The notes beneath the pieces were generated by a model. The model was not told where the DNA came from. It saw only the letters and a list, made by a program, of their open reading frames with translations, and did not search any database. Below, piece by piece: positions 8,406 through 18,182 of a stretch of DNA of 64,000 nt; within the stretch, counting starts at the first letter, position 1, and every line of letters starts with the position of its first letter. The stretch covers positions 642 through 64,641 of the forward strand of contig CAZTMT010000001.1 of NCBI GenBank assembly GCA_964615335.1, written 5' to 3'. This DNA comes from an uncultured Clostridia bacterium (GTDB lineage Bacteria > Acidobacteriota > Blastocatellia > HR10). Made by a program: the position numbers and the translations under genes.

Positions 8406-11400
8406 TCAGAACTCGATCTTCACCGTCTTGATCTCATAAGGACGCGTCGGAACGCTCACCGTGCGTCCGCGGATGGTCAGGGGAGCAATCTCCTTCTCCA
8501 TGAGAGTGACTTCCGTCGCCGCTCTCGGGGGCTTCGGCAGGGAGATGGTCACTTCTGCCGGCTTCCCGGCGAATTCGTAGAAGCGGAGGATCCACGCCTC
8601 GGAGTCCTCGGCTTTCTTCAACGCGGTGAGGATCACCGTGTCCGGGTCCACGCGGAGGAAGGAGTGGACGGGGGGAAGCGATCCGCTGTGCCCGAAGGTC
8701 GGATAGGGGATGAGCGGATAGTTCAGCTCGTATCCCCGGTGAACCGTTCCCGCCTGAATCCAATCGTCCGCGTGCGGATAGAGCGAGTATGTGAAGCGGT
8801 GAATGCCTTCATCGGCATGGGGATCCGGATAGGCCGGCGAGCGCAGAAGCGTCAGGCGCAGGACGTTGTCGCGCACGTCGTAGCCGTATTTGCTGTCGTT
8901 GAGGAGGCTGACCCCGTACGTTCCATCCGAGAGATCCGCCCAGAAGAGAGCGGGGACCTCGAATTTCGCCTGCTCTTCGGGCGTGCGTCGCGTCGTCGGA
9001 CGCTGAATCGAACCGAAGGGGATTTCGAAGGTCGCCTTCGGGCTCCGGACGGAGACGGGAAAGGCGACCTTGAGCAAGATGTGCTTCTCGCGCCAATCCA
9101 CCTCCATGCGACAATCTATGCGCGGGATCTTCGGATAGAGGGTGAGGTCCTGGATGACTGTCGAATTCTGAAACTTCTTCACCACGCGGATCACCGCGCG
9201 GGTGGGTCCCTTCTCCAGGACCCTCACCTCTTCCGCCTGACGCAGCTCCCATTTCTTCTCCTCGAAGTTCGCATCAATATTCCAGGCGTCGTAGACGGAG
9301 GGTTTGTCGTAGAACGTCTGCAGGAGATTGCCGCAGCGCGAGTCATCGAGGACTTCTCGGTGCTGGATCTTGTCGTACAGACTGGTGAGACATCCCGAAC
9401 GCGGGTCCACCGTGACGCGGAAGAATTCGTTCTCCATCGTCAGGCCGGAGACCACAAGCGACGAGCCCGCGGGAGACGGTCGGGCGGTGGGGATGACGCG
9501 AAAGACGACGTATCCCAAAGGAGGGACGTCCTCGGCGATGAAACGAATTCGCACGCGGTTCGTCTGCGGATCGCGCGCGATCACCTCGGAGATGAGACGT
9601 CGGCCTCGGGGATCGCGGACCTCGACGTTTGAGACCGGATCGGGAAATGTGAGCGTCGCCTCAACCAGATCCGTGCGCGCCCAGGAGAGCGGATTGAAGA
9701 CGATGAGCGGGAGGCCCGGCCCTTTCGTCTGAATCCGGTCGGCCAGTTCGCGCACGGCCCCCTCGAGGACCTCGCGACCGATGCGGCGAACCTCGGCGTA
9801 ATCGCGGGCGGCATCTTTGTACACGGCCGCGATGCTGCTGCCGGGAAGAATGTCGTGGAATTGATTGAAGAGCACTTTCTTCCACGCGACATCCAGCTCG
9901 CCGTGCGGATAGGGATGTCCGAACAGGTGCGCCAGTGACGAGAACTTCTCCGCATTGAGGAGAAGGATCTCGCTCTGGCGATTGTTCCGTTTCGTCTCGG
10001 CCTGGCTCGTGTACGTGCCCCGATGGGTCTCCAGATACAGCTCATCGCGCCACACCGGAGGGTTCAATTGCGAAAGTTGTGCGCTCGCGCGCTCGAAGAA
10101 CTCCTGCACCGTGCCGAAGAACAATCTCGGATACAGAGCCTGAGGCGCGCGCCATCGCGCGGCCGTCTCCAGCATGCTCCGCGTGGGTCCTCCTCCGTGA
10201 TCGCCCACGCCGTACAGGTGCATGTACTCGCGGTGGCCTGTCGCCGCCGCGTAGTCGGCCAGATCCGTGGCCATCGGGACGGGCTCGATGGGATTCCCGT
10301 AGTGGTTCGGGAAATAGGTGAGGACGCGACTCCCATCGGGAGCTTCCCACCAGAAGAGCCGATAGGGGAAGCGCGTGACTTCATTCCAGAAGATCTTCTG
10401 GGTGACGAAGAAATCCATCCCCGACTTCTTCAGGATTTGCGGCAGTTGCCAGTTGTAGCCGAACGCGTCCGGATTCCATCCGACGCGCACATCCACGCCG
10501 AATTTCTCCTTGAAATATCGCGTCCCGTGGAGGAATTGGCGAACGAGTGACTCCCCGTGCGGCAGATTCATATCCGATTCGACCCAGACGCCTCCGACGA
10601 TCTCCCATCGCCCCTGGCGGACGCGCTCCCGAATCCGCTCGAAGAGCTTGGGATATTTCTCCTCCATCCAGGCATAGGTTTGAGCCGCTCCGTGCGCGAA
10701 GGTGAACTCCGGGAACTCCTGCATTAACTGAAGGACGGTGGAGAAGGTGTCGCGCACGATCTCCACGGTCTCCGTCCAGGGCCAGAGCCAGGCCAGGTCA
10801 ATATGCGAGTTCCCGACGGCGCGGATGGAGAATTCCCGCAGAAGAGGCAGCAGAGGAGCCAGCGCCTCGCGCGCTTCGCGCAGGGAGCGATCGAAAGAGA
10901 TCTGGTCGCCTCGATCCAGGGCCTCTAGATCCAGCTTGGCCAGAGCCGCATCCAGATGACGTTCCCACTGAGCGCGATCCTCTTTTCGAGTCTTCAGGAG
11001 CTGTTCGATGACCTGGCACTCCTGCAGGAAGGTTCTCGGATCGGGGCGAGACGGAGGGGCTTCGACCTCGAGCTGTCCGGCGCGCACCCACGTGCGTCCG
11101 CCGGGCACATTCGCCCGCACGGCGATCACGAACTCATCGCCCGCCTGTGCGCTCTCGGTCAGGACGATGGGGTCCAGATCGTTCCCTTCGGCTTTCTTCT
11201 CTCCGTTGAAGAAGACGGTGAGATGAACCGGATTCTCCCCTACGATTCGGATGCGCAAGCGGAGCTTCGCTCCGCGAATGTCGTATCCGCCGATCGTCTG
11301 CGGGAGGATCACGCGATATCGGAACCAGGCCGGACCTGTGCTCCACTCTCCCCCGACGGGGAATGAGGCCCAGGTGGAATCATCCACGTTCACGGCCTCG

Positions 11401-11582
11401 CCCCGCAAGACATCCCCCTCTTTGAAGCGCCAGGGGGAAAGCGGGAGAACCGTTGCCGCTTCCAGCCTCCGAAAGATCGCGTTCCGATCCGGAGATCGGG
11501 CGAAAAGAGGGGGAAGCGCATTCGTGACCAGAGCGCTGAGAATGAGGCCTGCGAAGAAAACGCCAGGGCTTCTGCTGCTCAT
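8406..11582 (-). CDS. Family GH38 alpha-mannosidase (secreted)
   Basis: GNSHIDLAWLW, WNPDAFGY and HRGTYTSQ motifs are characteristic of GH38 class II alpha-mannosidases. A signal peptide begins at the internal Met (MSSRSPGVFFAGLILSALV). Its start overlaps the PHP gene stop (ATGA). Confidence 0.85.
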   Translation of the reverse strand: MSSRSPGVFFAGLILSALVTNALPPLFARSPDRNAIFRRLEAATVLPLSPWRFKEGDVLRGEAVNVDDSTWASFPVGGEWSTGPAWFRYRVILPQTIGGYDIRGAKLRLRIRIVGENPVHLTVFFNGEKKAEGNDLDPIVLTESAQAGDEFVIAVRANVPGGRTWVRAGQLEVEAPPSRPDPRTFLQECQVIEQLLKTRKEDRAQWERHLDAALAKLDLEALDRGDQISFDRSLREAREALAPLLPLLREFSIRAVGNSHIDLAWLWPWTETVEIVRDTFSTVLQLMQEFPEFTFAHGAAQTYAWMEEKYPKLFERIRERVRQGRWEIVGGVWVESDMNLPHGESLVRQFLHGTRYFKEKFGVDVRVGWNPDAFGYNWQLPQILKKSGMDFFVTQKIFWNEVTRFPYRLFWWEAPDGSRVLTYFPNHYGNPIEPVPMATDLADYAAATGHREYMHLYGVGDHGGGPTRSMLETAARWRAPQALYPRLFFGTVQEFFERASAQLSQLNPPVWRDELYLETHRGTYTSQAETKRNNRQSEILLLNAEKFSSLAHLFGHPYPHGELDVAWKKVLFNQFHDILPGSSIAAVYKDAARDYAEVRRIGREVLEGAVRELADRIQTKGPGLPLIVFNPLSWARTDLVEATLTFPDPVSNVEVRDPRGRRLISEVIARDPQTNRVRIRFIAEDVPPLGYVVFRVIPTARPSPAGSSLVVSGLTMENEFFRVTVDPRSGCLTSLYDKIQHREVLDDSRCGNLLQTFYDKPSVYDAWNIDANFEEKKWELRQAEEVRVLEKGPTRAVIRVVKKFQNSTVIQDLTLYPKIPRIDCRMEVDWREKHILLKVAFPVSVRSPKATFEIPFGSIQRPTTRRTPEEQAKFEVPALFWADLSDGTYGVSLLNDSKYGYDVRDNVLRLTLLRSPAYPDPHADEGIHRFTYSLYPHADDWIQAGTVHRGYELNYPLIPYPTFGHSGSLPPVHSFLRVDPDTVILTALKKAEDSEAWILRFYEFAGKPAEVTISLPKPPRAATEVTLMEKEIAPLTIRGRTVSVPTRPYEIKTVKIEF

Positions 11583-13108
11583 CTTCGTCCTCCCGGTGAA
11601 GAGGTCCTCCGCTCGCGCCTCTCCAAGGGCGCGAAATAGATGGGATTGGTGAGGGCGGTGATCCCTCTTTCGTCGCGCAGGTTGAGTCGGACCCATATGC
11701 CGGGTTCGGCGCTCCAGGGGAGGCGCTGCGAGAAATCCGGCGCGTCCACGCGAAGGCGAATCACCACGCGGCCGCCGGAGATGACCTCGACCATCTGCCC
11801 GGCTCCCCCCTTCACGTCAAGGTGAAGGGTGACGGGCTCGCCCGCGCGAGTGAGGGGGACCTCATCCCCCATCATGTAGCGACGGCCGCGCCCGTCCTCA
11901 GCGAAGAGGAAGAGATCGGGCCCTTCAGGCCCGCGCGTTTTGATGAAGACGCGGCCCGCTTTCAATCCTGCGAGAAGGGCGGGCTCGGAGAGTTCCGTGG
12001 CATAGACGACGGTCGTCGGGACGCCCATGACGTGATCCGGATGCTCGCCGCTGCCCGCGCGATGATCATCGCTGCCTCCGATGCCCGTGATCCGATAGCC
12101 TTCGTTGAGGCGCGCCTCCCAAAAGGGGATTCCGCTCAAAGGACCTTCGACGCGATTCCCGTTGATGATCTCGATCATATCCACCTTGCGGAAGTCGGTC
12201 GTCTCCGTCTCTTCCCATCCGCATCCCATGCATTGCTCGCCGGTCGGATGCGTCGGATGATTGATCGAGATCAGGCCCCCGGCGCGATGGACGTCATCCA
12301 AAATGTCGTTGATCGTTCGCCCCTGCCATCGCAGGCGAAAGTCAATGAAGGCGCTTGTGCCGTAGATGTTCGCGTGCCCCCGATAGGTCGTCAGCTCGCG
12401 CCCGGGCAGAAGCAGAAGCGCGGTGAAGTATTCCTGAAGGCGGCGCATTTCGGCGTGATGGCTCGTCGTGTTGTGATCAGTGAGAGCGAAGAAATCCAGG
12501 CCGCGAGCGGCAGCCGCCTGCACGACGCGAAAGACCGGACAGGGAACCAGCACTCCCTGCTCGTTGCGGCACCGTCCGTCGCTGTGCCCGCTGTGGGCAT
12601 GGAGATCGCCGCGGTACCATCCCGGACCCGCTTTCAGAACTCGAGGCGGACTCACGCCGGGCGTCGAGCACGCGCGCGATCGCGCCGGGACCCATCGGAT
12701 GCGGACCGTGTAGTGCGAGACCTGATCGGGGCGAATGTGCGGCACTCCGAGAAGAAGCCGCCACGTCCCGGCCGGCAGTTCTCCGGGCAGATAGGAAGGC
12801 GTAGCCTCCTCGCACGTCAGAAAGAAGCTCGTCCTCTCACTTCCACTCCAGCCGCGAAAGCGCACCGGATCGAACAGGCCGATATCCAGCGTCGTGCCCT
12901 CACCCCGGTGGGTATAGGTGTATTCGACCTCCAGGCGCTCCAGGGGCTCGGGGACGACGAATTCCCGCACGATATACGTCCCGTGATCGGCGCGCGTGAC
13001 CGTCCCGTGAAAGACGATCTCAGAAGGCTGGGGAGGAAATTGAGAAAAAGAGAGGGGAAAAACGAGGAGCCACCCGAAGGCGAGACACCCTCTCACCGTC
13101 CCAAGCAT
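11579..13108 (-). CDS. Secreted PHP-domain metal-dependent phosphoesterase (CehA/McbA family)
   Basis: WYRGDLHAHSGHSDG and ALTDHN His-rich PHP motifs, with an N-terminal signal peptide. Confidence 0.75.
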   Translation of the reverse strand: MLGTVRGCLAFGWLLVFPLSFSQFPPQPSEIVFHGTVTRADHGTYIVREFVVPEPLERLEVEYTYTHRGEGTTLDIGLFDPVRFRGWSGSERTSFFLTCEEATPSYLPGELPAGTWRLLLGVPHIRPDQVSHYTVRIRWVPARSRACSTPGVSPPRVLKAGPGWYRGDLHAHSGHSDGRCRNEQGVLVPCPVFRVVQAAAARGLDFFALTDHNTTSHHAEMRRLQEYFTALLLLPGRELTTYRGHANIYGTSAFIDFRLRWQGRTINDILDDVHRAGGLISINHPTHPTGEQCMGCGWEETETTDFRKVDMIEIINGNRVEGPLSGIPFWEARLNEGYRITGIGGSDDHRAGSGEHPDHVMGVPTTVVYATELSEPALLAGLKAGRVFIKTRGPEGPDLFLFAEDGRGRRYMMGDEVPLTRAGEPVTLHLDVKGGAGQMVEVISGGRVVIRLRVDAPDFSQRLPWSAEPGIWVRLNLRDERGITALTNPIYFAPLERRERRTSSPGGRR

Positions 13109-13168
13109 AGCTCTTCGCGAAGGCGCAGGGCGCCCGAAGACGCCCTGCGCCCTGTCACGCTTTCAGAT

Positions 13169-16100
13169 TCAGAAGTAGAACTTCAGCGCAAACTGCATGA
13201 CGCGCGGATCTCCGGCGAGGCTCCCGATGCGTCCGAAGGCGCCGCTGGAAGCGTTTCGCTCGGGAAGTCCGAACTGCGGGGTGTTGGTCATGTTGAACAT
13301 CTCCCAGCGGAACTCCAGGCGTCGGCCTTCGCCGAAGTACTCAAATGTGCGCGCGAGCGCGAAGTCGAAGTTCACCAGACCCGGCCCATAGACCGTGTTC
13401 CGTCCGCACGTTCCCAGTCGCGCCGGAGACGGCACGCGGAAGGCCGTCGTATCGAACCAGCGATCCACCGAGCGCTGGTCTTCGGGCAGGGTCGGATCGC
13501 GGAGGCAATCGGCGAGCGCGTTGACCATGCCTCCCCCGCGAGGTCCACCGATGGCCGTATCGTTCGCTCCCGCGCGGATCGTGAAGGGACGGCCCGTCCG
13601 CATCGTGGTGATGCCGCTGATCCGCCATCCTCCCAGAATATGCGCGAGGGCTCCCTCGTTCAAATAGGCGCGCCCGCGCCCGAAAGGCAGCTCGTAGTTG
13701 TAGGCGAGGACGAAGCGGTGGCGGTAATCGAAATCGCTCGGTCCGCGCCGCTCGCGGATGTTATGCGCGTTCTGAAGGAAGCTTCCCGAACCGCCGGTGA
13801 ACAGATGCTCCATGGCATAGTCAATGGACTTGGACCAGGTCCACGCGCCACGGAAGGCCAATCCGTGGCTGAAGCGCTTCTCCACCGTCACTTCCATCCC
13901 GTGGTAGCTCGAGTTCCCCATATTGTCCCGGTACTCGATCGGTCCCAGGTCCGGATAGGGGATGATCCCCGTGGGCGTCCCATCGGGATTGAAGAATTGC
14001 TGGTTGAGGTTGCGCAGGACGGAGAGATGCGTTCCTTTCGTCCCCACGTAATCAATCGTCGCGACGAGGTTGCCCGGCAGCAGCCGCTGGATGCCGAAGT
14101 TCCACTGATCCACCGTCGGAATCACCGCCTCGGGATTCACGGCGCGAAGTCGCACGTTGCGCGGATCCACGGCGCTCGGATCGAGCGAGAGATTGAAACC
14201 TGTGCGCAAGCGCATATTGTTGGCCGTCGTGTTGGGATTGGGAGCCGTCACCACGTTGTTGACGACCCAGGGGAGGTTGAGCCCGAGCTGATCCTCGCTT
14301 CCCGCGCGCTCAAAGAGCATGAAGAATCGGCCGTATCCGGTGCGCAGGACCGTATTCGGCGTCACGCGGTAGGCCAGCCCGATGCGCGGCGCGACATTGT
14401 TTTTGTCCGACTGCACGAGGCTCTTGCCCACCGGAGAAGAGTCGAATCCCGGGAAGGATCGGGCGGTGAACCGCCGTCCCGTCTTCGGATCCAGATTCGT
14501 CAGACGATCCCTCCCTTCGTAGGGCCATGTCGCGAAGTCGTATCGGAATCCGAGATTCATCGTGAGCTTCGGCGTGACCTTCCAATCGTCCTGCCAGAAG
14601 AAGGAGGCCATCCAGAGGCGCGCGTCCACGACATGCGGATTCGTCAGTTGAGCGGACGAGGGATAGCCGAGCAGGAAGTCCGCCATGCCGATGCCTGTGC
14701 GGTTCCCATCAAAGGTCCAGTCCCCGCGCAGCGCCGGCAGGTCCAGATAGATATTGCGCATGGGCAGACGCACATCCACGCCGAAGCGGAGTTGGTGCGG
14801 ACCGATCGTGAGGCTCATCATGTCCCACCACTGGAACTGGTTCGTGAATTGGAACTTGGGCAGGAAAACGGGCGAGCCCAGATGATCCAGCCCTCCCCCC
14901 TGACCGCCCGGAATCGTCTGCGTGCCCCCGCGCGCCTGAATGCGAATGGCCGGCAGGCCGCCACTGTAGAGCGGATCGTCCCGAACGCCCAGGATCCCGA
15001 ACTCGGCGAGCGTGTTCTTCCCAAACGGATCCTGCACCCCATTAGAGGCGTTGCGCCCCCATCCGAGCCGGAACTCATTGAGCGCCCGCGCTCCCAGCGT
15101 GCGATTCCATCCGATCACCGCCGCATGGCCTTTCATGAAGAGCCGACCGAAGGCCGATGTGGACGTCCCGTCAATGATCCCCCCGAACATTCCGGGAACG
15201 AAGCGGAACCGATCCGAGAAGGTGTAGCGCACAAAGAGGTTATTGTTCGCATCGACTTGCCAATCGCCGCGCACGGTGAACTTGTCCGTGTCGTCTATGA
15301 GCGTCGGCGTGCGCAGAAAATTGAAGACGTTTCCGAGAGGTCCCGAGCCGGGGAGATTGGGCAGAGGGACCATGTCGAGGATTCGCTTGGCAACCGGATC
15401 AATGCACTCGGGCGGGATCTTGTTGTCCTTGAAGGAGCCGTCGGGATTGAAGGCCGTGGGAACTTTCGCGCGACAGTCTCCCACGCGATCGAAGATCTTC
15501 GCATATCCGGGTGCGGAGAAGTCGCCGATGCGCTCGTTCGGCAACGGAACGTTCCCCAGGCGCGTCACGCCTCGCCGGATGCGCGTGCCTTCGTAGTCGA
15601 AGAAGAAGAAGGCGTGGTTCCGGACGATCGGCCCTCCCACATTGAAACCGAACTGATTCTGTCGGTTCTTCGCTTTCTTGGCTCCCGCGCGATTCAGGAA
15701 GAAGCTCGTCGCGTCGAAGATGTCGTTGCGCCCGAACCAGTAGGCCGTCCCGTGCAGTTCGTTCGTCCCGCTTTTGGTCGTCACACTGATGGCCGCGCCG
15801 GGACTGCGTCCGTACTCCGCCGAGTAGGGATTCGTGATGATCTTGAACTCCTGGATGGAATCCACCGACGGGCGCACGACCTGAGTGGTCAGCTCTTGCA
15901 CGTTCGTGGAGATGGAGTTGTTATCCACGCCGTCGAGGATGAAGTTGTTCTGCAGCGAGCGCACGCCGTGCACGTTGACTCCGCCTGTGCGTCCGGCGGC
16001 TGTCGCGCCCCCTTCCTCCGTGTAGCGATCCCCCTGAACGCCGGCGATCAGACCCATGAGATCATCCCAGTTGCGCATGCTGAGCGGCAGATCCGTCACC

Positions 16101-16528
16101 ATCCGGTTCTGCACGACAGCGCCGGGAGAGGCTTCTTGAGTCGCCAGCAGGGGGGTCTGAGCCTCGACGAGAACCGTCTCGGCGATCTCTCCGACTTCGA
16201 GCGTGAAATCCAAGCGCGCCCGCTGTCCCACCTCGAGGACGACGTTCTCGCGGACGAATTTCTTGAAGCCCTGGGCTTCTGCCGTGATCGTGTAGGTTCC
16301 AATGGGCAGACTCGCGAAGGTGTAATACCCCGCCTCGTTGGTGACCGCCGAATACTCGACGCCCGTCGCTTTATTCTTCGCCGTGATGGTCGCATTGGCG
16401 ATCACCGCACCGGTCGGGTCTGTGACCAGCCCCGTGAGACTGGCCGTGTGGATTTGCACCGCTCCGCACAGGATCCATCCCGCGCAGAGCATCCACAAAC
16501 AGGCGATCCCAAGCTGCTTGCGCCACAT
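13169..16528 (-). CDS. TonB-dependent outer-membrane receptor with N-terminal carboxypeptidase-regulatory-like domain
   Basis: Signal peptide, then LTGLVTDPTGAVIANATITAKNKATGVEYSAVTNEAGYYTFASLPIGTYTI (CarboxypepD_reg), a plug domain (VLVEAQTPLL...), a long beta-barrel, and a C-terminal ...FALKFYF aromatic terminus. Confidence 0.85.
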   Translation of the reverse strand: MWRKQLGIACLWMLCAGWILCGAVQIHTASLTGLVTDPTGAVIANATITAKNKATGVEYSAVTNEAGYYTFASLPIGTYTITAEAQGFKKFVRENVVLEVGQRARLDFTLEVGEIAETVLVEAQTPLLATQEASPGAVVQNRMVTDLPLSMRNWDDLMGLIAGVQGDRYTEEGGATAAGRTGGVNVHGVRSLQNNFILDGVDNNSISTNVQELTTQVVRPSVDSIQEFKIITNPYSAEYGRSPGAAISVTTKSGTNELHGTAYWFGRNDIFDATSFFLNRAGAKKAKNRQNQFGFNVGGPIVRNHAFFFFDYEGTRIRRGVTRLGNVPLPNERIGDFSAPGYAKIFDRVGDCRAKVPTAFNPDGSFKDNKIPPECIDPVAKRILDMVPLPNLPGSGPLGNVFNFLRTPTLIDDTDKFTVRGDWQVDANNNLFVRYTFSDRFRFVPGMFGGIIDGTSTSAFGRLFMKGHAAVIGWNRTLGARALNEFRLGWGRNASNGVQDPFGKNTLAEFGILGVRDDPLYSGGLPAIRIQARGGTQTIPGGQGGGLDHLGSPVFLPKFQFTNQFQWWDMMSLTIGPHQLRFGVDVRLPMRNIYLDLPALRGDWTFDGNRTGIGMADFLLGYPSSAQLTNPHVVDARLWMASFFWQDDWKVTPKLTMNLGFRYDFATWPYEGRDRLTNLDPKTGRRFTARSFPGFDSSPVGKSLVQSDKNNVAPRIGLAYRVTPNTVLRTGYGRFFMLFERAGSEDQLGLNLPWVVNNVVTAPNPNTTANNMRLRTGFNLSLDPSAVDPRNVRLRAVNPEAVIPTVDQWNFGIQRLLPGNLVATIDYVGTKGTHLSVLRNLNQQFFNPDGTPTGIIPYPDLGPIEYRDNMGNSSYHGMEVTVEKRFSHGLAFRGAWTWSKSIDYAMEHLFTGGSGSFLQNAHNIRERRGPSDFDYRHRFVLAYNYELPFGRGRAYLNEGALAHILGGWRISGITTMRTGRPFTIRAGANDTAIGGPRGGGMVNALADCLRDPTLPEDQRSVDRWFDTTAFRVPSPARLGTCGRNTVYGPGLVNFDFALARTFEYFGEGRRLEFRWEMFNMTNTPQFGLPERNASSGAFGRIGSLAGDPRVMQFALKFYF

Positions 16529-16700
16529 AGGCTTCCCTCCTCATCGAGAGTTGAGATCGAGAGTATATCCCCCCGGCGTAAAATCCGGGTGAAAAGAGAG
16601 AAAATTCTTCAGGAACTCCGAACGCAAGCCCCTGTTTGGTCCGGGACGACAAGAGATTCTCGCCTTCGATCATGACCCATCGTCTCTGAGCATCCTGTCG

Positions 16701-18164
16701 CTACAGGCGCGTCCATTCTTCGGGCCAGCGTTCGACGATGACTTTCTTCTCGGTGTAGAACTCGACGGCATCTCGACCCTGTCCGTGCGCGACGCCGAAG
16801 AAGCTCTCCTTCCATCCGCTGAAGGGGAAGAAGGCCATGGGCGCCGCGACGCCGACGTTGATGCCGATGTTGCCAGCGGGCACTTCGTATCGGAACTTGC
16901 GCGCGGCCGCGCCGTTGCGGGTGAAGATCGAAGCCATGTTGCCGTAGCTGTGGCGAGAGAGAATGGCGATGGCCTCATCCAGCGTCGCCGCGCGCATGAG
17001 GCTGAGAACGGGTCCGAAGATCTCCGTCTGCCAGACTTCGCTGCCCAGAGGGACGTCATCCAGAAGCGTCGGCTTGAGGAAGTTGCCGCGCTCGTAGTTG
17101 GGAATTCTCGCGTCGCGTCCATCCAGAAGCAGGGTTGCGCCTTCGCTCACCCCCCGAGCGATGAGGGCTTCGATCCGCGCCTTGCTCTCGCGCGTGATGA
17201 CCGGACCCATCTGGACGTCCTCCTCCAGCCCATAACCGACGCGAAGGGAGCGGGCGACCTCCGCGATGGCTTCGCGAAACGTCGCGTGCGCCTCTCCGAC
17301 AGTCACAGCGACCGAGACGGCCAGGCATCGCTGTCCGGCGCATCCGAACGCGCTCTCACTGATTACCCGCACGGCCATCTCCAGGTCCGCGTCCGGGAGA
17401 ACGACCACGTGATTTTTCGCGCCGCCCTGGCACTGAACGCGCTTCCCCTGGGCTGCTGCGCGCGCGTAGATGTATCGGGCCACAGGTGTCGAGCCGACGA
17501 AGCTCACCGCGCGCACCTCGGGATGGTCCAGGAGGGCGTCCACCGCCGCCTTCGTCCCATGCACGAGATTCACCACGCCCGGCGGCAGTCCCGTCTGTTC
17601 CACCAGCTCCAGCGCGCGCATGATCGAGAGCGGGACCTTCTCCGAGGGCTTCAGGATGAACGTGTTCCCGCACGCGATCGCATACGGGAGAAACCAGAAC
17701 GGCACCATGACCGGAAAGTTGAACGGCGTGATGGCGGCCACAACCCCCAGGGGCTCACGGATCATGTGCTCGTCAATGCCGCGCGCGACGTCTTCGAGAT
17801 TATATCCCTGCATGAGCAGGGGGATGCCGCAGGCGACTTCGATATTCTCGATCGTGCGGCGCAGTTCGCCTCGCGATTCGGCGAGCGTCTTTCCGTTCTC
17901 CATCGTGATCAGGCGGGCCAGCTCGTCTCCGTGCGCTTCAAAGAGGCGCTTGAGGGCAAAGAGGTACTGGGTGCGCTCCTCCGCGGGGGTGCGCCGCCAC
18001 TGGGGAAAAGCTGCCGCCGCGGCTTCCACGGCCCGCGCGACGTCGGCCTCTCCCGAGAGAGGAACTTCGGCGAGCACTTCCCCGGTCGCCGGATTGATGA
18101 CCGGCAGGTATTCGCTCGCCGTCGAAGGAACCCATCGTCCGTTGATGTAGTTCGAGAGTCGCAT
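16701..18164 (-). CDS. iolA: Methylmalonate-semialdehyde dehydrogenase (CoA-acylating), IolA/MmsA
   Basis: ALDH superfamily with the catalytic Cys region (FGCAGQRC) and [16 protein letters not shown] typical of MMSDH. It sits in an iol context. Confidence 0.8.
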   Translation of the reverse strand: MRLSNYINGRWVPSTASEYLPVINPATGEVLAEVPLSGEADVARAVEAAAAAFPQWRRTPAEERTQYLFALKRLFEAHGDELARLITMENGKTLAESRGELRRTIENIEVACGIPLLMQGYNLEDVARGIDEHMIREPLGVVAAITPFNFPVMVPFWFLPYAIACGNTFILKPSEKVPLSIMRALELVEQTGLPPGVVNLVHGTKAAVDALLDHPEVRAVSFVGSTPVARYIYARAAAQGKRVQCQGGAKNHVVVLPDADLEMAVRVISESAFGCAGQRCLAVSVAVTVGEAHATFREAIAEVARSLRVGYGLEEDVQMGPVITRESKARIEALIARGVSEGATLLLDGRDARIPNYERGNFLKPTLLDDVPLGSEVWQTEIFGPVLSLMRAATLDEAIAILSRHSYGNMASIFTRNGAAARKFRYEVPAGNIGINVGVAAPMAFFPFSGWKESFFGVAHGQGRDAVEFYTEKKVIVERWPEEWTRL

Positions 18165-18182
18165 CTCCGTCTCCCTGGCTTC

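Noticed and set aside
11822-16675. 1617-aa plus-strand ORF
   Set aside because: It lies entirely antisense to well-supported minus-strand genes (PHP hydrolase, TonB receptor). Arg/Ala/Gly-rich low-complexity translation typical of high-GC antisense frames; no motifs.
16529-16700. Possible internal promoter between iolA and TonB receptor (TATACT-containing stretch)
   Set aside because: No acceptable -35/-10 spacing found. Likely just an intercistronic spacer with a strong RBS (GGAGGG).
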